From Methanotrichaceae archaeon (GTDB taxonomy: Archaea; Halobacteriota; Methanosarcinia; Methanotrichales; Methanotrichaceae): 46,225 bases of DNA. Every line of letters starts with the position of its first letter. Position 1 is the stretch's first letter. Of the stretch, positions 38,554-46,225 are shown piece after piece. A program made the translations under genes and the position numbers. Under the pieces are notes generated by a model that saw only the letters and a list, made by a program, of their open reading frames with translations, did not search any database and had not been told where the DNA came from. The stretch spans positions 1 through 46,225 of the forward strand of contig CAVWIG010000030.1 in NCBI GenBank assembly GCA_963754945.1. The letters run 5' to 3'.

Positions 38554-40314
38554 ATGCCGATGCAAAAGATCAGACTCCTGGATGAGGACACCATAAACAA
38601 GATCGCAGCAGGCGAGGTAATCGAGAGGCCCGCCTCCGTCGTCAAGGAACTTGTGGAGAACTCCATCGATGCAGGTGCAACCAGGATACTCATCGAGGTG
38701 ACTGATGGCGGCAAGAGTCTGGTAAAAGTGACCGACGACGGCTGCGGCATCGGTCAGGAAGACCTGTCCCTGGCTTTCCAGAAACACGCCACATCCAAGA
38801 TCTCCAGTGCAGTTGATCTGAGCAGCATCTCTACCCTGGGTTTTCGCGGCGAGGCCCTTTCGAGCATTGCCAGCGTTGCCGGATCGGTGGAGGTCCATAC
38901 AAAGCCCCGGTCGGCCCTTTCCGGGTCCTACATGAAAATAGTCGATGGCAGTGTATCCGCGATCAAGGACATCGGCTGTCCTGCCGGGACCAGCATTGTT
39001 GTGCGGGATCTGTTCCACAACGTTCCTGCAAGGCTGAAGTATCTGAAGAGCGCCAGCGCCGAGCTGGTGCGAGTGACTGAGCTGGTGACAGAGATGGCCA
39101 TCATCAACTACAACATCTCTTTTGAGCTTTTCACCGGCAATCGCACTATCTTCAAGTCCAGCCGATCGGAGGACTGGAACGACGTCCTCCTGAAGGTCTT
39201 TGGCCTTGAAACCGTCAAGAGGCTCATTCCCTTTCGGGCCGAATCGCGGAGTTTCAGCCTGACGGGCGTCGTTGGTGGCCCACTATGCACCCGGTCCAGC
39301 CCCGACTGGATCTATGTCTTCGTCAACGGCAGGCCGGTGTCGTCCCGTGCCTTAACCTCAGGGCTGCGTGAAGCCTACAGAACCATCATACCTCTGGGGA
39401 AGAGCCCAATCGCAGTGGTAACGCTAGAGATCAATCCATCATTGATAGATGTCAATGTCCACCCAACCAAAAGGGAGATCCGGTTCCAGAATGAGGAAGA
39501 GGTTGCAAAAGCCCTGATCGAGGCTGTCACGGAGGCCCTGAAGGTGAAGGCAGGATCTGAGACGGGGGTAGGCCAGGGCCAGGCAACAGCAGAACAGCCC
39601 AGAGGGAGAATTCTCGGTCCTGGGGAGATCGCCGACCTGACAGTCGCCGGTGTTGCGGAGCAGAGCACCTTTCCTCTTGAAATTGCGGGATGTCAGGTTA
39701 AAGTGGACCTTGAGAATCCCGAAGGAGTCGAGGTCGGGCCCTCCAGGCTTAGGGTTCTCGGCCAAGTGCTCACGCTGTATATCGTAGCTGAGAGCGAGCA
39801 GGGCCTCATGCTAATCGACCAGCACGCAGCAGCAGAGCGGATAAGGTTCGAGCGCCTCCGGGAGAGGTACGGCCAGAAAAAGATCTCCCAGGAGCTGGTC
39901 GAGGCCGTTACCATCGAGCTCTCGCCAAAAGAGCAGCAGATTCTCGAATCCTGGAAGGAGGTGCTAGCGGACATCGGCTTCGATATCGATCACTTTGGAG
40001 GCAGTACCTACAACATCCGGGCAGTTCCGTCAACTGGCTACAGGCTGGAGAGCCCGGAGGCCATTCACGACATCCTGAGCGACTTCTTTTCCCAGGGGCG
40101 CATCAGCCCGGACTCCACGAACATAGAGGAGGTCCTGAAGATCCTGGCCTGCAGGGGCTCGATAAAGTCCGGCCATGAGATGACCAACAGCGAGATGAGG
40201 ACGCTATTGAAGGACCTTTACACCTGCCAGAACCCTCAAACTTGCCCTCATGGAAGGCCCGTCGCAGTCTTATTTGACGAGGCCCAACTCGAGCGGATCT
40301 TCGGGAGAAGGTGA
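38554..40314 (+). CDS. mutL: DNA mismatch repair protein MutL
   Basis: NKIAAGEVIERPASVVKELVENSIDAGA, GFRGEAL, DVNVHPTK, DQHAAAER, ACR and CPHGRP motifs. Confidence 0.98.
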   Translation: MPMQKIRLLDEDTINKIAAGEVIERPASVVKELVENSIDAGATRILIEVTDGGKSLVKVTDDGCGIGQEDLSLAFQKHATSKISSAVDLSSISTLGFRGEALSSIASVAGSVEVHTKPRSALSGSYMKIVDGSVSAIKDIGCPAGTSIVVRDLFHNVPARLKYLKSASAELVRVTELVTEMAIINYNISFELFTGNRTIFKSSRSEDWNDVLLKVFGLETVKRLIPFRAESRSFSLTGVVGGPLCTRSSPDWIYVFVNGRPVSSRALTSGLREAYRTIIPLGKSPIAVVTLEINPSLIDVNVHPTKREIRFQNEEEVAKALIEAVTEALKVKAGSETGVGQGQATAEQPRGRILGPGEIADLTVAGVAEQSTFPLEIAGCQVKVDLENPEGVEVGPSRLRVLGQVLTLYIVAESEQGLMLIDQHAAAERIRFERLRERYGQKKISQELVEAVTIELSPKEQQILESWKEVLADIGFDIDHFGGSTYNIRAVPSTGYRLESPEAIHDILSDFFSQGRISPDSTNIEEVLKILACRGSIKSGHEMTNSEMRTLLKDLYTCQNPQTCPHGRPVAVLFDEAQLERIFGRR

Positions 40315-40484
40315 CCGCGAAGGCAGGGGACCGGGAGATTGCAGAGGATTAGAGAAGGAATGGTAAGGGAAGTGCAAAAGAAATTGTTAAACTGATATTG
40401 TCGAACTGCAACCGACGTGATATTCATCCTTAAGACCTTCAATAGAATAGTCAGCCTTTTTTATCTCTAGATCAATTGCCAGCC

Positions 40485-41795
40485 ATGGATCTTGAAGGTT
40501 TTGCGAAGAGGGGGCTACGTAGACACGACCCTGAAGTTGCTTCTAAGCTTGCAGCCATGATCATGGAGGTTAAGGATATCCCCAAAGATCAGGCGGACAA
40601 ATTGGCTCAAGCAGTGATGGAAGAAGCCCGGGCCACTCTGAACCCAAGAGGAGAGGTCTTTTCCCTGCAGAACTCCGGCGTGACAATGGGGGACTTCGGA
40701 GTGGGCTCACGAGGCTCCGGAGACTTTTACACTCACACCAAGATAGCCGAGGTCATAGGCAGGACTGGTGCCGTTGTGGACTCGACCGAGCTGGACGACT
40801 CCGGAGTTGTCAAAGCGGGTGGGAGTTACGTTGTCGTAACAGTGGACGGGATGCACTCCAGGTTGAGCGACTATCCATTTCTTGCGGGCTTTCACGTTAC
40901 AAGGGCTGCTCTGCGCGACATCTACGTGATGGGAGCTAAACCCGTAGCCCTTCTCTCCGACATTCATTTGGCGGACGATGGCGATGTTGCCAAGCTCTTC
41001 GACCACATCGCCGGCATTTCTACTGTCTCTGAGTTGATTGGGGTTCCCCTGATCACAGGAAGCACTCTACGCATAGGCGGCGATATGGTGATCGGAGATC
41101 GGCTGACGGGTTGCGTTGGTGCAGTTGGCATCGCCGACAAGCTGACACCGCGTAAAGACGCTAAACCTGGAGATGTCATCATGATGACGGAAGGAGCCGG
41201 TGGTGGCACCATCTGCGCTGCTGCCCTCTACTACGACTGGCACGAAGTAGTCGACGAGACCCTGAACATCAAGTTCCTTCAGGCAAGTGAGGCCCTGCTC
41301 AAGAAAGACACTACCATTCACGCCATGACCGATGTCACCAACGGAGGCATTCGCGGAGACGCCAAGGAGATCTCCTACACGGCTGGGGTCAAGCTGGTCT
41401 TCGAGGAGGAGAAGATGCGTGACTTGGTCAACCCAAGAGTGAGGACTATGCTTGACGCCCTGGAGATAGACTATTTGGGTGTATCCATCGACGCGCTGTT
41501 GATAATCGCCCCGGAGGACCAGTCGCGAGAGATAGCAAGGACAGTAATGGCTGCTGGAGTTGCCATAGACGTCATCGGCACTGTGGAAAAAGGCAGTGGC
41601 GCAGAGCTGCATATCGATGGAGTGGCAACGGACTTCTCTCCACGGTTCAGGGAGTCCGCCTATACACCGATTAAGAAAGCCATTGGCCAGGAGGCCCGTC
41701 GGGATGTCTCGGAGATGCAGAGCCGAATAGACGAGGCTGCTTGCTTGGGAATAGCAAAGAAAAGACGGTTTGTGGAGAAAATAAGAAGAAGTTAA
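40485..41795 (+). CDS. AIR synthase-related (PurM/HypE/ThiL superfamily) protein
   Basis: DDSGV, DGMHSRLSDYP and AMTDVTNGG motifs. Confidence 0.82.
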   Translation: MDLEGFAKRGLRRHDPEVASKLAAMIMEVKDIPKDQADKLAQAVMEEARATLNPRGEVFSLQNSGVTMGDFGVGSRGSGDFYTHTKIAEVIGRTGAVVDSTELDDSGVVKAGGSYVVVTVDGMHSRLSDYPFLAGFHVTRAALRDIYVMGAKPVALLSDIHLADDGDVAKLFDHIAGISTVSELIGVPLITGSTLRIGGDMVIGDRLTGCVGAVGIADKLTPRKDAKPGDVIMMTEGAGGGTICAAALYYDWHEVVDETLNIKFLQASEALLKKDTTIHAMTDVTNGGIRGDAKEISYTAGVKLVFEEEKMRDLVNPRVRTMLDALEIDYLGVSIDALLIIAPEDQSREIARTVMAAGVAIDVIGTVEKGSGAELHIDGVATDFSPRFRESAYTPIKKAIGQEARRDVSEMQSRIDEAACLGIAKKRRFVEKIRRS

Positions 41796-41941
41796 TTCAA
41801 ATTTTTACAAAGTGATTAATTATATCATAGCTTTCCGACGCTCATAATAATAGTATTCAATTGTTTAACATAAATAAACTATTTATATCATAAGGTACAT
41901 CTCTCTCTATTAACGGGAGCAAATAGAGGGAGTAGATATCC

Positions 41942-42331
41942 ATGAAAGAATCTTTCGTACTGAGGTTTGACGAGAAGGACATCGAGGTAGTTGAGACATT
42001 GAGGAGTCTGGGAGTTCCCAGAAAGGTCTCCAATATGCTCGCCTACCTGGCCAACGTAGATGAGGCAACATCGAGGGAGATCGAAAGGGGATCAGACCTT
42101 AGGCAGCCAGAGGTTAGTATAGCTTTACGCACGCTGCGTAAGAACAATTGGATAGAGGAAAGGATAAGCAAAAGCGACGGAACGGGCAGGCCCATGAAAG
42201 TGTACAGGCTGAGCACATCCATTGGGGAGATCTTGCTGCACTATGAGCAGGAGAAGATGAGCGAAGCAAACAAAGCCATGCAGTCCATTCAAAGGCTTAA
42301 GAGCCTTCTATCTGAGGCTGGTTCCACCTGA
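41942..42331 (+). CDS. wHTH transcriptional regulator
   Basis: ATSREIE...LRQPEVSIAL...GRPMKVYRL motif. Confidence 0.85.
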   Translation: MKESFVLRFDEKDIEVVETLRSLGVPRKVSNMLAYLANVDEATSREIERGSDLRQPEVSIALRTLRKNNWIEERISKSDGTGRPMKVYRLSTSIGEILLHYEQEKMSEANKAMQSIQRLKSLLSEAGST

Positions 42332-42688
42332 TGGTTTGCCTCTCCATTCTTTTATTTTTTGGCCTTAATATATTTTATATCTAGCAATCAAGATTGAAAT
42401 AACTACTAATTTTACAATGCATGAGATCATAATCTCATGATTAAATACCAGAATTAGACCCACATCTTCTGAAATTTTTTTACCACGATGATGCTATATA
42501 GAAGAAACGAGAAATAATAAGTAAGAGCATATGAAGAACTATGGAGTTCGTCCTATGTCGGGCATATCGATAACCCCTTGTGATCAGGATACACGCATGC
42601 CAACTCATGAATATGGACCTATCAGAGGATAACATCTGGGGAACTTGGCTAAACCGGGAATCTTGACAGAACTGTTGGTGGTGACCTT

Positions 42689-43186
42689 TTGACTATTGTT
42701 GAGGAAACGATTCATAAAGCGTATATTATGAAGCTTGTCGGAGATGAAGGAGTTCGTATAGTAGAAAATATACCAGAAGATGAGATCACTGATGAACACC
42801 TTGCAGAGTTGACAGGGATAAGCTTGAACACAGTTAGACGCACACTATATCTGCTCTACGAGCACAGGTTAGCCATATACAGACGCAAAAGGGACCCGGA
42901 CTCCGGATGGCTTACTTATCTATGGCAGTTATGTCCTGAGAATTTCGACAAGGCACTAGAATCTGAGGCCAAGAGGCTTCTACGGAATCTTGAAGAACGA
43001 CTGGCTTACGAGAAGAACAATATCTTTTATGCGTGCACAGAAGGATGTGCTAGGTTCATATTCGATGAAGCGAGCGAGGCAAACTTCATATGTCCGTTCT
43101 GCCAGAGCAGCCTTGAGTATATGGAGAATGCGAAGGTTCTTGAAGCCATAGAAAAGCAAAAAAAAGAACTGACTGGTAGCTTATAG
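42689..43186 (+). CDS. tfe: Transcription initiation factor E alpha (TFE)
   Basis: TDEHLAE...NTVRRTLY.L...GWLTYLW winged helix and Zn ribbon C..C/CPFC. Confidence 0.93.
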   Translation: MTIVEETIHKAYIMKLVGDEGVRIVENIPEDEITDEHLAELTGISLNTVRRTLYLLYEHRLAIYRRKRDPDSGWLTYLWQLCPENFDKALESEAKRLLRNLEERLAYEKNNIFYACTEGCARFIFDEASEANFICPFCQSSLEYMENAKVLEAIEKQKKELTGSL

Positions 43187-43221
43187 GGGCATTTTCAAGA
43201 GAAAAGTAACAAAAAAACAGC

Positions 43222-43623
43222 CTATAGGTTATCCAGATTGTTGTTAAGAACCGCTGTCCACCACCATCTGGCCATGTCCATTAAGTCGCGGCTGAACATT
43301 CCGGACAACCGGTATTCGCCGCCTTTATTTGTTATCAGGCCGGCTCCAAGGAGCTTATTTCTCATGGCATAGAATGCCGATCTGCTGACGTTTAGTTCTT
43401 CCAATAGCTGTTTCCAATCTCTGGTCCTGATGGGGTTTCCTATTTTTTGCCTTTCCTCGACCAACGTGAGGAACTTATGGCCCCGAATGGCTGTTGATTC
43501 GTCCTGGAAAAGCCTGAGCATCAGCTCCATGTAGGGATCTTTAGAATGGCTGATGGCGTACTCGGACTTGGATCTGACCTTTATCGTCGTAGCTGTTCGC
43601 GGCGCCTTTTTGACATAAGTCAT
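43222..43623 (-). CDS. Conserved-looking hypothetical protein (HTH-like)
   Basis: Intact ORF overlapping the upstream gene (ATGA); [18 protein letters not shown]. Confidence 0.75.
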   Translation of the reverse strand: MTYVKKAPRTATTIKVRSKSEYAISHSKDPYMELMLRLFQDESTAIRGHKFLTLVEERQKIGNPIRTRDWKQLLEELNVSRSAFYAMRNKLLGAGLITNKGGEYRLSGMFSRDLMDMARWWWTAVLNNNLDNL

Positions 43624-43928
43624 ATGGTATCTAAGAGCACTGATTTGGCAATGTCCGCATACTCATCTCTTAAAATGTAGGTTTTGGGAGATCTATAAGA
43701 TGCTTTATTGACTCTAAGAATGCCAAGCCTCGAACAGATATAGCCTATCATGGAGGCAACTACTTTTCTAGACACCTCGAATTTCTGGCTCACTGCTTTA
43801 TGAAGAGAACTCACTGTAAACTGGCGAGTTTCAACTATGGTCATAAGAATGAACTTTCTCAGCCCATGGTTATCCATATCTACAAACCTGGACAGACGGC
43901 TTAATACCTCAGACCGCTGTGTTCTCAT
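43620..43928 (-). CDS. DUF2551-like protein
   Basis: D..GLRK...FT...[15 protein letters not shown] pattern. Confidence 0.75.
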   Translation of the reverse strand: MRTQRSEVLSRLSRFVDMDNHGLRKFILMTIVETRQFTVSSLHKAVSQKFEVSRKVVASMIGYICSRLGILRVNKASYRSPKTYILRDEYADIAKSVLLDTI

Positions 43929-44097
43929 GCCATCCCCCTTGGACTACACCCTCGACAATTGCATATAGTTAGTAATAAGTATATTATATACTTTACTATA
44001 TTAACTTTACCTCACCATATTAACTTTTGCTAATTTACCCCACCCTATAAATCCCATTTCTGCCAAATCACCGCCACAAGTATAAATCAACGATCAA

Positions 44098-44888
44098 ATG
44101 ACCTTGAACATAAAGCCCTTTCGCCGAAAGTCAAGCTGGCAGGAGTCAAATGTGTCAGGAGAATGGATCAACAAAGGTGCATATCTGCTGGATCTGGGAG
44201 ACTTCGAGAAAGCAGTAGAGTGTTTTGAGAAGGCCACCCTTGAAGAGCCCTTGAATGCGCATGCATGGTATCAAAGAGGCATCGCCTCAAGAAAGCTAGG
44301 GAATTATGAAGATGCTATCCAATCCTTCGATAAATCCGTTGAGCTGGAGCAAGCTAACGCCGACGCCTGGAGGAACCGAGGAGCAGTCCAAAACGACCTG
44401 GGCAGGTACTCTGAAGCTTTGGAGTCCTCAGAGAAGTCCATAGCGATAGATCCAACAGCCGCCAGGGCCTGGATAGTTAGGGGCTTTGCCCTACACAACT
44501 TGAGCAGGTACGAGGATGCCGTTGCCAGCTATGCAAGAGCAATCGAATTGAATCCCTTTGGTGCGGAAGGAAGGAGAGCCTGGAACAACCGTGGTGCATC
44601 TCTGGACAACCTAGAAGGCATGAAGATGCCATCGATAGCTACGAAGAGGCGATAATGATAGATCCCTTTGACGCTTATGCCTGGAACAACAAAGGCGTGG
44701 CCCTCAGCGCCCTCGGCAGGCATGAAGAGGCGATCAGGTGCTTCGACAAGGCTATTGAGATCCAGCCAGAGTACACAACGGCTTGGAAGAACAAGGGCGT
44801 AGCCCTACAAGCCCTGGGTCGTGAAACTGAAGCAAAGGAGGTTATGAGCTTGGCCAGAAAGCTAGGGCCTTCAGTAGGACTATTCTAG
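44098..44888 (+). CDS. TPR-repeat protein with a 1-nt deletion frameshift at about 44614
   Basis: Consecutive AW.N.G..L..LG..EEA repeats. Adding one base in CTA-GAAGG-CAT restores LDNL.RHEDAIDSYEEAI and joins ORF 44655..44888. Confidence 0.82.
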
Positions 44889-44933
44889 ATAGATTGATAG
44901 AGTGGCAATGGAAGTAGAAGTAAAGGAGGGATT

Positions 44934-46224
44934 TGGACTGCACCCCTGATTGTAGACAATTAGTTAAGCAACAGTATTTAAGGCAACCTCCATTTCGAAC
45001 TGCTCAGGAGACTTATAACCAAGTGATGAATGCAGCCTCTTCCAGTTGTACACTTTCTCAATAAAACGCCATATGTTTCTATAGGCATCTTCAAATGTCC
45101 CGTATTCATTCAGATATACCTCCTCGACCTTTAGAGTTTTGATAAAGCTCTCTGCAAATGCATTGTCGTATGGATTTCCTTTTCTTGACATGCTAATCAG
45201 GATGCTATGCTTTTCAAGACAATCCACATAATCTTTTGATGCATATTGAACTCCCTGATCAGAATGATGAACGAGTCCTTGAGTAGATTCTGACCAGCGG
45301 TTTTCTAATGCCTTGTCCAGGGCATTCATGGCTAGCTGGCCGTCGATGTTTCTGCTCAGCTCCCAGCCGATGCATTTTCTGCTGTATAGATCCAGTATCA
45401 CGGCGAGATAGATGTGCTCATGTGACAACTGAACATATGTGATATCTGAAGCCCAAACTTGGTTCAGTCCAGTGATCTCGGCGTTTTTCAGAAGGTTTGG
45501 ATATACAGGCAATCCATGACTGGAATCGGTTGTTATTGGCTTGAATCTCTTCTTCAGGCACAGAAGGTTATCTTGTCGCATCAGTCTCAGAACGCGCTTG
45601 CGGTTAACCTCAAAGCCGCGGTTTTGGAGTTCTGCAGTCATCCTCCTATAACCGTAGCCAGTAAATTCCAGAGCGATCTCTTGAATCTGATTTCTTAGAT
45701 CCATATTCGCCGATGAGACAATTTCCGGCTGTGTCCGAAACCATCTGTAGTAGCCGCTGCGACTTACTTCAAGTGCCTTGCAGGATTGGGATATTGACAA
45801 CGCAAGGCCGTCTGAAAGGACGTCATGGATAGTCATATACCGTCCCTCAGCGTCGGTTTTATTCTCTCCCTCTCGAACCTTCTTCTGGGTCATGGCAAAG
45901 GCTTTTTTTAAAAGCTCGATCTCGGCATGAGCCTGGCCGAGCAGCCTCTCAAGTTCTGCAATCCTTGCCTGGTCCTTGTACTTGTTTCCATTACCGCTAA
46001 ACGCTTTTTGGGGATTCTCGGCTAACTCTTCTCTCCACCGAGAGGGCAGGCCAGGATGGATACTATGCTCGCGGGCGATCTGAGCGAGTGGTTTGCCACT
46101 CTCAAGTTCTGCTACTACTGATATCTTGAATGCTCGGTCGTAGCGTCGCCTCGTCTTTTTCATGTACTTCCCTCCATGAGTTGATGTTGCTTAACTCATT
46201 GTCCACTCGGAGGGGTTCACTCCA
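44934..46224 (-). mobile_element. IS3-family insertion sequence
   Basis: TG...CA ends; imperfect 27-bp TIRs (TGGACTGCACCCCTGATTGTAGACAAT vs TGGAGTGAACCCCTCCGAGTGGACAAT, 20/27). Target duplication cannot be assessed at the window edge. Confidence 0.88.
44964..46163 (-). CDS. IS3-family transposase, OrfA and OrfB in one frame
   Basis: N-terminal HTH, then WASDITY, HHSDQGVQY and DNAFAESF DDE motifs. Confidence 0.9.
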   Translation of the reverse strand: MKKTRRRYDRAFKISVVAELESGKPLAQIAREHSIHPGLPSRWREELAENPQKAFSGNGNKYKDQARIAELERLLGQAHAEIELLKKAFAMTQKKVREGENKTDAEGRYMTIHDVLSDGLALSISQSCKALEVSRSGYYRWFRTQPEIVSSANMDLRNQIQEIALEFTGYGYRRMTAELQNRGFEVNRKRVLRLMRQDNLLCLKKRFKPITTDSSHGLPVYPNLLKNAEITGLNQVWASDITYVQLSHEHIYLAVILDLYSRKCIGWELSRNIDGQLAMNALDKALENRWSESTQGLVHHSDQGVQYASKDYVDCLEKHSILISMSRKGNPYDNAFAESFIKTLKVEEVYLNEYGTFEDAYRNIWRFIEKVYNWKRLHSSLGYKSPEQFEMEVALNTVA

Positions 46225-46225
46225 C

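Overview
Archaeal chromosomal segment, most consistent with an acetoclastic methanogen of the Methanothrix/Methanosaeta group. This assignment is inferred from the gene set and the Lys/Ala-rich FpoI tail. 1-9 kb: the fpo(C)D-H-I-J1-J2-K-L-M-N complex I-like operon, with no fpoO/fpoF behind it and a 1-nt frameshift in fpoH. 9-29 kb: mostly housekeeping genes (cdc6/orc1, gatE, histone, glutaredoxin-like protein, TFS, PCNA, PriL, MoeA, AroC, IMPase/FBPase, NAD kinase), one intact IS1634 with a 6-bp target duplication, and an ORB-like motif (candidate replication origin) at about 11.2 kb. 30.2-38.5 kb: a mosaic island directly upstream of mutL. It contains serial, partly decayed copies of one gene order (small wHTH gene, DUF433 TA gene, variable cargo, mutL). 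Its cargo includes two different TIR genes, HicAB, DUF433/DUF5615, DUF6765, an IS5-family element and short gene scraps. 38.5-46.2 kb: mutL, an AIR-synthase-like protein, a regulator, TFE, DUF2551, a frameshifted TPR gene and an IS3 element whose orfA and orfB are fused in frame. Several single-base indels in short homopolymers suggest that some frameshifts are assembly errors. No rRNA, tRNA or CRISPR array was recognised. All family calls come from motif recognition, not database searches.
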